Positions 20,419 to 29,513 of a stretch of DNA of 64,000 nucleotides are shown in pieces. Both the position numbers and the translations under genes were made by a program. Below the pieces are notes generated by a model, which saw nothing but the letters and a program-made list of their open reading frames with translations, was not told the origin of the DNA and did not search any database. Each line of letters opens with the position of its first letter. Within the stretch, counting starts at the first letter, position 1. Origin of the DNA: Planctomycetota bacterium (lineage in GTDB: Bacteria; Planctomycetota; B15-G4); assembly GCA_965248575.1 (NCBI GenBank), contig CBDFJQ010000002.1, forward strand, positions 1,696,001 through 1,760,000. The letters are read 5' to 3'.

Positions 20419-21415
20419 TGCATGCCTCCATGGCGTTCATCTCGGCCACCGTGTAGTCCTCGGCCGGGAAGGCGATTTTTGTGACGCGCTCGGCGCCGGC
20501 GATGAGCTTGGACGACCAGCTCTGGGGTCCCCGACCGTGGCCGGGACGCTTGATCTGGTTCCCGCAGCCACCGGACGTCTCGGTGGTGACCATGCCCTTC
20601 ACCGTTCCGCGGCAGGGCAGGTCGAGTTCGTCAGAGATCACCTGGCCTTGGATCTCGACACGGGCATTCGCGTCCGCATTGACCACACAGTCGGGGCCGA
20701 CCATGGCCACATCCGGCAGGACCGTGCCGGCGATCAGGCGGATGCCCCCCACCATGTTGATGGTCGGCCGGTTGGACCCCGTCTGCTTGGCGTTGCTCTT
20801 GCACAGCCCAGCACGGGTGATGATCGTCCCGCGCAGGACCACGTTGTCGAGGGTCAGATCGGCGCCGTTCTCCAGGATGAACAGCCCCGCCATCTGCGTG
20901 TTGGAGTACGTGGAGGTCCCGCCGATGATGGTGACGTTGCCGGCCATCATCGCCGTGGTCCCTTCATCACAGTCGAGGCGCGTCGGGTCACCGGCGGCAT
21001 CGTTCTCGGGCATCACGACTGCATTCGCCTTCACCGCAGCCTCGTCGGTGAACGAGCCGTTCAGCTTGTGGGCCTTGGTGCGCAGGCGGCGACGGTCATG
21101 GACCTTCACGTCACGCTCGATGGTCACGACGTGCCCGTCCTCGGTCAGGACGATCTCCTCGTCCCCGTTCTGGACGTTGCCAGGCGGGTCACCGAGGCGC
21201 ATCTGCTCGCGGGCGTGCATCATTCCCGAGTGCGCGGCTTCCTCGGTTTCGCTGGCACCGTGGGACATCTCGAGGGTGCCCTTGGCGAGCACGGCATGCC
21301 GTGCCCAGGTCACGGAGACCGAGGCGGCGATTCCCGCAAGAATCAGGCTGGCGAGAACGACCCAGCCCTGTTCGGAAGAACGCGCGGGTCGGGGATGAGT
21401 GTTTGGGGTTTTCAT
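20402..21415 (-). CDS. PilX/GspK-like minor pilin (copy 1)
   Basis: EQG|WVVLASLILA, a prepilin-like N-terminus without Glu5, followed by AAHSG. The beta-rich C-terminus is paralogous to 10821-11867. Confidence 0.7.
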   Translation of the reverse strand: MKTPNTHPRPARSSEQGWVVLASLILAGIAASVSVTWARHAVLAKGTLEMSHGASETEEAAHSGMMHAREQMRLGDPPGNVQNGDEEIVLTEDGHVVTIERDVKVHDRRRLRTKAHKLNGSFTDEAAVKANAVVMPENDAAGDPTRLDCDEGTTAMMAGNVTIIGGTSTYSNTQMAGLFILENGADLTLDNVVLRGTIITRAGLCKSNAKQTGSNRPTINMVGGIRLIAGTVLPDVAMVGPDCVVNADANARVEIQGQVISDELDLPCRGTVKGMVTTETSGGCGNQIKRPGHGRGPQSWSSKLIAGAERVTKIAFPAEDYTVAEMNAMEACNVFSN

Positions 21416-21469
21416 GGGACTGTCTCTAGGCGTGCTGTGTGCGAGGGGAGAGAAGGGTGAAGCGGCAGA

Positions 21470-22015
21470 TCAGGCGCCTGCTTCCTCCTCCGTCTGGGGT
21501 TCGATGATCCACCAGCGGTACGTGCCCGAATCCTGGTCGCCCTTGAGCACGGTCACGGCGAGCTCGGTGAGCATGTCGCCCTCGAACGTCAGGGGGTCGA
21601 CCTCCACCGTGGGGTTCTGGAGGTCGACGACGCGCACCTTGACCTCCTGCTCCCAACCGATGTGGCTGAGGATGGTCTGGTACTCGGCAGAGCGCGGTGG
21701 ATCAAAGTCCAGTTCGTCGAGATCCCACAACGTGGTCACGTCGGGACCGAAGTTGCTGGGGTCACCAGGGTCCGATTCCCAGGGCAGCAGGATGGCGGCT
21801 TCGTGGATCTCCTGCGCCAACATCAGCGCCTCATGTGGGCCATCAGAGAAGTAGTTGTAGACCTGAGCTGAGCCGGAAAGGGAGGAGATCGACGCGACGA
21901 TCGTGGTGCCCACGATCAGTGTCGCCAGCATCAGCTCAGCGAAGGATGTGCCGCGATCGCTGCGCCGTGCCCGGCGGAGCGTCGAGCGAGAAAGCTGAGA
22001 ACCGAGGTTTTTCAT
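21470..22015 (-). CDS. Minor pilin, PilV/GspI-like (copy 1); first gene of the pilus operon
   Basis: Basic leader then DRG|TSFAELMLA (Glu5, atypical +1 Thr). Start taken at ATG 22015. Confidence 0.8.
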   Translation of the reverse strand: MKNLGSQLSRSTLRRARRSDRGTSFAELMLATLIVGTTIVASISSLSGSAQVYNYFSDGPHEALMLAQEIHEAAILLPWESDPGDPSNFGPDVTTLWDLDELDFDPPRSAEYQTILSHIGWEQEVKVRVVDLQNPTVEVDPLTFEGDMLTELAVTVLKGDQDSGTYRWWIIEPQTEEEAGA

Positions 22016-22205
22016 GAGAATCTGCGTTTCCTTCGAACCCGGACCAAGAAGCCCGGAGCCCGAATGAGAGAGGTCGAAGAGCACCTGCTGTCGTCGCCTG
22101 CACCGAGTGACTTAAGGATTGGGGCCTTCGTGAAAGAAAGCCCTGGGCGGCCCCGTCCTTTCCCTGCGGCCACTCCGTTCAGGAGGAGTCACAGGCGCCG
22201 AGCGC

Positions 22206-22211
22206 TATACT
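22206..22211 (+). promoter_or_regulatory. Putative sigma-70 -10 box (TATACT) for the HEAT-repeat gene
   Basis: TATACT lies ~38 nt upstream of ATG 22249, with GAGG motifs before the start codon. Confidence 0.4.
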
Positions 22212-22248
22212 CAGCGCAAACCCCCTCTCCCGAGGCGAGGACGGCTTC

Positions 22249-24204
22249 ATGTCCTTTCGCACCCCATACCGCTCACGGTTCCCTTTCGGCAGCGCCCTCC
22301 TGCTGGCGGCCTTGGCGGGCACGCCTTTCTCGGTGCCCTTCGCCCAGAGCCTCGGGTCGGGTGGCGCGGCCAACGCCGGCCCCGCTCCTGTGGTTTCGCC
22401 CTTCTTCCCCACACCCGGACCAGGGGGCTCAGGTGGGCAGTACATCCCCCCGTCCGACATCGGCGGCCCCAAGAACGACTCGAACAACAAAAGCGGCAGC
22501 CCCACTGAAGGCACGGGCGCGAGGGCGCCCGTCGCGTCGGCCCCACGCGGAACGCGCCCCGTGGGGTCAAGCGGCCCGTCTCGTGGCGGGAGCTCCTCTG
22601 GCCCCACCACCATTCGCAACACCGGAATCGACAACTGGGTGCACTGGTGGGAGACCAACAAATTCGACTTCATCAGCCTCCGACGCACCAGTGATACGCC
22701 GATCACCGGGCAGGGTCGGGTGACGGAAACAGCGATCGAGCGGACCGCGCGCGTCGCAGCGACCCAGGCTCTCGTGCGCGCCGACGTGCTGCCCGTGCTG
22801 CGGGCACTCACCGGAGCCACGGATGCAGCCGTGCGTGCCTCCTCCGTCGTTGCGCTCGCCAAGCTGCAGGATGTCGAAGGCGCCGACTTCGCCAAGGAGT
22901 TGCTCCAGGACCGGAACTTCGACGTCCGCCGGGCCTCGATGCTGGCCATGGGCGTGCTGAGTGCCGGCCGCTCGTCCTACGTCCTGATGAACATCGCCGA
23001 CGACTCCTCGCTTGCTCGCAAGCTCCTCAACACCACCAGCATTTCTGACGAAGACCGTGGCGTTGCCCTGCTCGCATCGGCCCTGCGCGGCCACCGCGCC
23101 CCCGAAGCGCTGGTCGCTGATCTGCTGCAGGACACCGAGGACCTCCCCAACGAAGTCCTCGCCTCCGCCTGCGACGCTGCCGGGCTGATTGGCGCAGTCG
23201 GTTCCATTGCCGAGCTTTCAGCTGTCGCCCTGGATGACAACCGGCCGGAGTTCGTTCGGGCGTCCGCCACCACGGCCCTGGGGCGCTTGGGAGACCCCGG
23301 CAGCGTCCCGGCGCTGTTGAAGATTCTCGACACCGCCCTGGAACCCCATCGGGCTGCAACCGTGGCGTTGGGGCTCGCAGCACACTCCAGCCAGAAGCAC
23401 GTGATCGATCGCCTGACCAGCCTGATGGAGAGCACCGATGGCCCCACCCGTCACTTCGCCGCGATCTCCTTGGGTCGACTGGGCGGCGAGACGGCACGAT
23501 TCGCTCTGCGCCGGGCCTTCGAGGACCCGCGCTCCGATATGCGGCCTTGGCTCGCCCTCGGGCTCGGCCTTTGCGAGCGCCGAGAACCGCTCGGCCAACT
23601 GCCCGAGCTCCTGATTCGTCGTTTTGATCAGGAGGCCAATGCCGAGACGGCCGGCGCCTACCTCATCGCGCTGGGTCTCTGCGGACACAACGGCTCTCGC
23701 CGCCCCTCCACCACGCTGCCTTGGGAGAGCATCCTGGCGACCCTGACCGAACAGCTCAACGGCAAGAGCACGCAGATCGCGGCCCATGCTGCCCTGGCAC
23801 TCGGGCTCTCAGGTCATCCGGACGCCACGGGCTCGCTCTTGGCCGCCCTCGATTCCACCAACTCACCCGACGTCCAGCGCCAGATTGCCCTCGCGTTGGG
23901 GGTGCTCGGCAACTCCACGGCGATTCCAAAACTGCTCGAACTCATGCGAGGCACGAACAACCCGTTCGTCGCCAGCTTCGCCGCCATCGGCATTGCATTT
24001 CTAGGCGATGCCGACGCTGTCGGACCGCTCATGCGCATGATCGACAAGTCGGGGCCTCGGGGGGTCACCACGACCTACGCAGTCGCTGCGGTGGGACAGT
24101 TGCTCGACACGGAGCGCCGCCCGGCCCTCTCCCGGCTCGCATCGGGTGACAACTACCTGGCCCGCACGAGCAGCGTCCAGCACCTCTTGGCGCTCGGATT
24201 CTGA
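22249..24204 (+). CDS. Secreted HEAT/PBS-lyase repeat protein
   Basis: Signal peptide, Gly/Pro/Ser-rich linker, WVHWWETNK motif, and many VRAS...ALGRLGD-type HEAT repeats. Confidence 0.8.
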   Translation: MSFRTPYRSRFPFGSALLLAALAGTPFSVPFAQSLGSGGAANAGPAPVVSPFFPTPGPGGSGGQYIPPSDIGGPKNDSNNKSGSPTEGTGARAPVASAPRGTRPVGSSGPSRGGSSSGPTTIRNTGIDNWVHWWETNKFDFISLRRTSDTPITGQGRVTETAIERTARVAATQALVRADVLPVLRALTGATDAAVRASSVVALAKLQDVEGADFAKELLQDRNFDVRRASMLAMGVLSAGRSSYVLMNIADDSSLARKLLNTTSISDEDRGVALLASALRGHRAPEALVADLLQDTEDLPNEVLASACDAAGLIGAVGSIAELSAVALDDNRPEFVRASATTALGRLGDPGSVPALLKILDTALEPHRAATVALGLAAHSSQKHVIDRLTSLMESTDGPTRHFAAISLGRLGGETARFALRRAFEDPRSDMRPWLALGLGLCERREPLGQLPELLIRRFDQEANAETAGAYLIALGLCGHNGSRRPSTTLPWESILATLTEQLNGKSTQIAAHAALALGLSGHPDATGSLLAALDSTNSPDVQRQIALALGVLGNSTAIPKLLELMRGTNNPFVASFAAIGIAFLGDADAVGPLMRMIDKSGPRGVTTTYAVAAVGQLLDTERRPALSRLASGDNYLARTSSVQHLLALGF

Positions 24205-24337
24205 CCGCCGGGTCATCGGACCCCCCGCCTGCGACGCGCGAGCGACCAGCTCTCGACTCCAGGCGCTACTTCAAGAACGGGCAACGCTATAAAGTGGCAT
24301 TCATCCCCCCCATGCCCCGCCTGCTGGAGTTTGCGCG

Positions 24338-26230
24338 ATGCGTTCTGGAATGGCCCTGAGAGCGTTCCTGTGCTTGCTGGTTCTCGCCCCACTCGCCCCA
24401 TCCCAAGACACCAAGGCACTGGCGGACGAGATCATTCGCGTCATCCGCCCTTCCCAGAATGCCGACGGGAGCTTTGGCACGAGCTTTGAGCAGAACTGCA
24501 GGGTCCTGAACCTGCTCAGCCGCTCGCCGCGCCGCTACACCGAACTCGATGGCCCGTTCTTTCGTCGGGCTGCAGAACAGGTCGTCGCCCACGCAGCGAC
24601 TACGCCGAGACAACAAGCCTGGACAGTGCTCGCCCTCGCGGGCTGTGTCACGGCCCCCATGCAGGCAGCCAGGAATTCGGCAAGAGACGCCTTGGCTGCC
24701 CATGCGCAGGCCTGGTCCTCAGACGAACTGTCCCTGTTCGCCCTGCGCAGTGCCCCTCCCGAGAGCACGCGTTGGGGACAGGCCGCCGCTGATGCGACGC
24801 CCGCGCTGCGCCTGCTCCTAGCTGCGGAGCCCAACCAGGTCGAAGCACCGCCTGGTCATGCCTCCTGGTCTGAAGACAACGGCGCCCGCGCGCCCGCGGG
24901 GCAAGCCGCGGCCGAAAGCGACACGGAACGCTCTGCGGCCATGGAGTGGACCCGCTGGGCGAGGGCCGCCCGCCTGCGCGGCCTCACCCCCAGCACCCTC
25001 CCGCCCTTGCCCAGCCTTCCAGAGGACAACAGCCTGGACGCGCTCCTGGATGCCCTCGAGCGAGTGGTGGTGCAGCATGGTTTGCCCCGCCCCGGCATGC
25101 AGCCCGGCCCGGCCATGGCCCAGGACGATCGTCCAGCAGTCCTGGAGTCTGCCCACGATCTCCGCGCTGGGCTGGAGCACGCCCTGGCCTTTCTCGACGC
25201 CCACCAGACCGGCGGGACCTTTGGGTTGGAGTTGCCTGGGTGGTCCGGCCCGGAACCAGGCATCACCGCCCTGTGCTTGTCGGCCACCCTTGCGACCACC
25301 AGGCAGCTGGGGCAAAGCCCTCCCGATTGGGTGGACTCGGGCCTGGATTACCTGCGCGGACTGCAGCGGCCCGACGGCGCCATCCTCGACTACGGCTTGG
25401 CGGTGTACACCACCTCCGTCGCCCTGGAAGCCCTGATCGACGGAGGGAGGCCTCAAGACAGCGAGGCCGTGGCAGCTGCTCGGGATTTCCTCATCTCCAT
25501 GCAGGCCGACGAGGACCTGGGGTACGACAGTCTGGATGACCCACACTACGGTGGCATCGGTTACGGCGGGGATGAGCGCCCGGACCTCTCCAACACACAG
25601 ATGGCCCTTGAGGCGGCATCCCGGGCCGGCTTGCCCGAGGACTCCTCGTTCGTGGCCAAGACCCTCACCTTCCTGCAGCGGAACCAGAACCTGGCCGAAG
25701 TGAACACGGAGCGCTGGAATCGGGTCGGCGGAGGAGAAGTGGTCTCCGGTAGCGACGGCGGCGCGACCTACATGCCGGGCAACAGCCCCGCCGGCGAGGA
25801 CCAGCAATCGGCTGGGGTCTATCAGGCGCGGTCCTACGGCTCCATGACCTACGCGCTCACCAAGTCGTACCTGCTCTGCGGGCTCGAACAAGGCGACCAG
25901 CGGCTGGACGCTGCGCTGAACTGGATCCTCTCCCACTACACGCTGGAAGAGAACCCGGGCTTCTCCGACCCGAAGAAGAGCGCCGACGGCCTCTACTACT
26001 ACTACCTGGCCCTGGCTCGCACCCTGCGCATGATTCCCGACGAGCAGCTCGTGAGTGAGCAAGGTGCGCTGATCCCTTGGCGAAGAGACCTTCGACGCAA
26101 GCTGCTCGGCAATCAGCGGACGGATGGCTCGTGGTTCAACGCCATGGCACCGCGCTGGTTCGAGGGCGCTCCGACGCTCTGTACGGCCTTTGCCCTGCTT
26201 TCATTGAGTGCAGCCGACGACCACTCCTGA
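24338..26230 (+). CDS. Secreted prenyltransferase/squalene-oxidase-repeat (alpha/alpha barrel) protein
   Basis: Signal peptide and QW-like repeats (QNADGSF, LQRPDGAI, NQRTDGSW), plus GGIGYG, RPDLSNT, SYGSMTYA and YYYYLALARTL. No DxDD cyclase motif seen. Confidence 0.78.
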   Translation: MRSGMALRAFLCLLVLAPLAPSQDTKALADEIIRVIRPSQNADGSFGTSFEQNCRVLNLLSRSPRRYTELDGPFFRRAAEQVVAHAATTPRQQAWTVLALAGCVTAPMQAARNSARDALAAHAQAWSSDELSLFALRSAPPESTRWGQAAADATPALRLLLAAEPNQVEAPPGHASWSEDNGARAPAGQAAAESDTERSAAMEWTRWARAARLRGLTPSTLPPLPSLPEDNSLDALLDALERVVVQHGLPRPGMQPGPAMAQDDRPAVLESAHDLRAGLEHALAFLDAHQTGGTFGLELPGWSGPEPGITALCLSATLATTRQLGQSPPDWVDSGLDYLRGLQRPDGAILDYGLAVYTTSVALEALIDGGRPQDSEAVAAARDFLISMQADEDLGYDSLDDPHYGGIGYGGDERPDLSNTQMALEAASRAGLPEDSSFVAKTLTFLQRNQNLAEVNTERWNRVGGGEVVSGSDGGATYMPGNSPAGEDQQSAGVYQARSYGSMTYALTKSYLLCGLEQGDQRLDAALNWILSHYTLEENPGFSDPKKSADGLYYYYLALARTLRMIPDEQLVSEQGALIPWRRDLRRKLLGNQRTDGSWFNAMAPRWFEGAPTLCTAFALLSLSAADDHS

Positions 26231-26332
26231 GCGAGGGTGGTCTCGTACGGCTGCGTAGACAGCCGAGAATGTGATCGGAAGACCTCCCAGCAGTTTGTGG
26301 CCTCTCCCAGCCTGGGGTATCGTTCGACTCCT

Positions 26333-27643
26333 ATGAAGCTGTTCAATTTCGTACTCGCAACAACCGGTCCGACGCTGACGAATCTCAAGATTCTCAGTCG
26401 CTACGGATACGCCGCTACCCGCCACATGACGCCACGCAAGCTGATCAACTTGGCGCGCGTGGAATGGTCCCGCTTCCGGGGCAGTGACACCGTGGGCGGT
26501 TTTCCGTACGTGCTCAAGATCGAGTCCACGAACGTCTGCAACCAACGCTGCCCCTTCTGCCTGGATCGCGACCGGGACAAGATCGACGACGACGGACGCG
26601 GCTTCGGCAAGATGCACCTGGACTGTTACAAGGGCGTGATCGACGTCCTGGCGCCCACGACCCTGCGCCTGAACCTCTACGGCTCGGGCGAACCGGTGCT
26701 CTACCCGGACATCTACGAGATGATCCGCTACGCGGCAGACAAGAACATCGGCGTGACCATCAGCGCAAACCTGTCGGTCTTCAAGAAGGAGAACGCCGAG
26801 AAGCTTGTGGAATCCGGGCTTGAGCACCTCATCGTGAGCTGCCACGGCGCGAGCCCCGAGACCTACGACAAGTACAACGTGGGCGGCGACTTCCACAAGA
26901 CGCAGGAGAACATGCGCGCCATCGTGGAGGCCAAGAAGCGGCTCGGCAGCCGTCTGCCCTTCGTCGACTGGCAGTTCCTGCGCTTCAGCCACAACCAGCA
27001 CGAGATTCCGAAGGCCCGCCTGATGGCCAAGGACATCGGCGTGAACATGATTCGCTTCATCAACCCCAACATCCCACCCGAGCACAAGGAAGAGTGGCGG
27101 CCCCGCCGGGATGATGAGATCGCGGATGCCAACCGGGGCGAAGGCGCCGTGAATGCCAGCCCGGGTGTGCACATCTCCGAAGAGGACCAGGCCGTGGCTC
27201 GTGGTGAGCGCAGCGTGGCCAGCGAGACCGCGCGTCCGAAGGCGGACGTGAACACCTGCTCATGGCTCTACCGTTCCATCTTCTTCAACTGGGATGGAGG
27301 CATCCTGCCCTGCTGCGATGGCACCACGGAGCCCGGACACGACCTCGCCAAGTTCACCGGCCAGAGTCGCGAGGAGTTCGCGGACTTCTGGAACGGCAAG
27401 ACCTACCGGTTGCTGCGCAACATGGCCAACTTCCGCATCCCGCGGGAGGAGATGGACAAGACCTACACCTGCGCCAAGTGCATCAAGCCGCACATGCCCT
27501 TCATCCTGTATGAGCGGGGCTTCGACCTTCCCAAGAAGTTCGAGAAGCGCCTGCTCAAGACCGAGCCGGATCTCAAGGCCCAGCGCACGCGCTGGGAAAC
27601 CGAGAAGACCTCCCGCTCGAGCGACGTGCTCGGCGGCATGTAA
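26333..27643 (+). CDS. Radical SAM protein with SPASM/twitch domain
   Basis: CNQRCPFC, YGSGEP, and C-terminal CSWLY...WDGGILPCC...CAKC. Start probably ATG 26333. Confidence 0.88.
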   Translation: MKLFNFVLATTGPTLTNLKILSRYGYAATRHMTPRKLINLARVEWSRFRGSDTVGGFPYVLKIESTNVCNQRCPFCLDRDRDKIDDDGRGFGKMHLDCYKGVIDVLAPTTLRLNLYGSGEPVLYPDIYEMIRYAADKNIGVTISANLSVFKKENAEKLVESGLEHLIVSCHGASPETYDKYNVGGDFHKTQENMRAIVEAKKRLGSRLPFVDWQFLRFSHNQHEIPKARLMAKDIGVNMIRFINPNIPPEHKEEWRPRRDDEIADANRGEGAVNASPGVHISEEDQAVARGERSVASETARPKADVNTCSWLYRSIFFNWDGGILPCCDGTTEPGHDLAKFTGQSREEFADFWNGKTYRLLRNMANFRIPREEMDKTYTCAKCIKPHMPFILYERGFDLPKKFEKRLLKTEPDLKAQRTRWETEKTSRSSDVLGGM

Positions 27644-27650
27644 GGCCCCC

Positions 27651-29471
27651 TCAGGCGGGGCTCGACTCCGCCGCGGCCCGGACCTGCCGCTTGCGCGTCG
27701 TGGCATCCAGCACCCGCTTTCGCAAGCGCACCGAGTTGGGCGTGACCTCCACCAGCTCGTCCTCCTCGATGTACTCCAAGGCCTCTTCGAGGGAAATGTC
27801 CCGCGGAGGCGCGTACTTCAGGGAACGGTCCGTGCCGGACGTGCGCATGTTCGTGAGCTTCTTCTCGCGCGTCGCGTTGACGGAGATATCGCCTGTCTTG
27901 CAGTGCTCGCCAACGATCATGCCTTCGTACACCGGGGAGGAAGGCTTCGCGAAGAACTCGCCGCGGTCCTTCAACGCATCCAGCGCGTAGGCCGAGATCT
28001 TGCCCGGGTGCGTGCTGACCATGACCCCCACCGAGCGCCGGGGCACCTTGCCCTTGAACGGCTGGTGCCCGCGGAAGATGTGGTGCAGGGATGCCTCGCC
28101 CTGGGTGAGCGTCAGCAGCCGCGAGCGCAGGCCGATCAGGCCCCGGGCGGGGATCACGAACTGGAGCCGAGCGATGGGCTTGGAGGTGTCCATGTCCTCC
28201 AGCTCGCCGCCCCGGTTGCTGACCCCCTCGATGACACGGCCGGCCAGATCGCCGGGCACATCCACGGTGAGGGACTCGACCGGCTCGTGACGCTTGCCGT
28301 CGATCATCTTGTCGATGACCCGTGGCCGGGAGAGCGCCAGCTCGAAGCCTTCTCGTCGCATGGTCTCCACCAGGATGCCCAGGTGCAGGACGCCGCGCCC
28401 CGAGACCCGGAACACGGACTCGCCGCCCGGGTTCTCCACGCGCAAGGCGACGTTGCTACGCAACTCTCGCGACAGGCGGTCGCCGATCTGCCGACCCGTG
28501 ACCAGCTTCCCTTCCTGGCCGTTGAACGGTGAGTCGTTGACCATGAAGTCCATGGACAAGGTGGGCTCATCGATGCAGACGACGGGCAGGGGCTCTACGC
28601 AATTCGGATCACACAGCGTCTCGCCGATGGCGATGTCCGGGTAACCTTGCACGGCGATGATGTCGCCGGCCGAGGCTGATTCGACGGGGCGACGCTCCAG
28701 GCCTTCAAAGACGAACAGGTTCATCACCTTGCCGGGCTTGGAGGGTTCACCGGGCCGGCTGGTGGCCAGCGGCGCGCCCTTCTTGATGACGCCACGATCC
28801 ACGCGGCCGATGGCGATCCGACCAACGAAGTTGTTGTGGTCGATGGAGGACACCTGCATGCGCGGTGCGCCCTCACCGGACGTGCGCGGCGGCGGCACCT
28901 CCTTCTCCACCAGGTCGAACAAGACCGAGGTGTTGGTCTCGGGGCCGTCTGGCTCGGTTCGGACCCAACCATCGCGACCGGACGCAAACACCACCGGGAA
29001 CTCCAGCTGTTCGTCGTTCGCGCCCAGCTCCACGAAGAGGTCGAACACCTCGTCCACCACCTCGTGGGGGCGCGCGGCCGGGCGGTCACACTTGTTGACC
29101 ACGACCGCGACTCTCAGGCCTTCATCGAGCGCCTTGCCCAGCACGTAGCGTGTCTGGGGCATGGGACCCTCGTAGGCATCCACCAACAGCAGCGCGCCGT
29201 CCGCCATGCGCAGCACGCGCTCCACCTCGCCACCGAAGTCGCTGTGACCCGGGGTGTCGATGATGTTGATTTTCAGGTCGCCCCGGACAACGGCCACGTT
29301 CTTGCTGAGCACGGTGATGCCGCGCTCCCGCTCGAGTTCGTTGCTGTCGAGGACGCAATCGACGCGTTCCTGTCCCTCACGGAACACCCCGGCGTCGGCT
29401 AGGAGCGCGTCCACCAGGGTCGTTTTCCCGTGGTCGACGTGCGCGATGATGGCAATGTTTCGGATGTTCAT
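27651..29471 (-). CDS. typA: Translational GTPase TypA/BipA
   Basis: IRNIAIIAHVDHGKTTLVD, ERERGITVLSKN, DTPGHSDFGGEVER, GRGVLHLGILVETMRREGFE, ELVEVTPNSVRLRK. Confidence 0.97.
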   Translation of the reverse strand: MNIRNIAIIAHVDHGKTTLVDALLADAGVFREGQERVDCVLDSNELERERGITVLSKNVAVVRGDLKINIIDTPGHSDFGGEVERVLRMADGALLLVDAYEGPMPQTRYVLGKALDEGLRVAVVVNKCDRPAARPHEVVDEVFDLFVELGANDEQLEFPVVFASGRDGWVRTEPDGPETNTSVLFDLVEKEVPPPRTSGEGAPRMQVSSIDHNNFVGRIAIGRVDRGVIKKGAPLATSRPGEPSKPGKVMNLFVFEGLERRPVESASAGDIIAVQGYPDIAIGETLCDPNCVEPLPVVCIDEPTLSMDFMVNDSPFNGQEGKLVTGRQIGDRLSRELRSNVALRVENPGGESVFRVSGRGVLHLGILVETMRREGFELALSRPRVIDKMIDGKRHEPVESLTVDVPGDLAGRVIEGVSNRGGELEDMDTSKPIARLQFVIPARGLIGLRSRLLTLTQGEASLHHIFRGHQPFKGKVPRRSVGVMVSTHPGKISAYALDALKDRGEFFAKPSSPVYEGMIVGEHCKTGDISVNATREKKLTNMRTSGTDRSLKYAPPRDISLEEALEYIEEDELVEVTPNSVRLRKRVLDATTRKRQVRAAAESSPA

Positions 29472-29513
29472 GAACCGGGCAAAGTACACATATCCCCGGC
29501 TGAGAACAGCCCC

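Noticed and set aside
24338..26230. Squalene-hopene cyclase
   Set aside because: It has QW-like repeats but no DxDD motif, and it carries a signal peptide.
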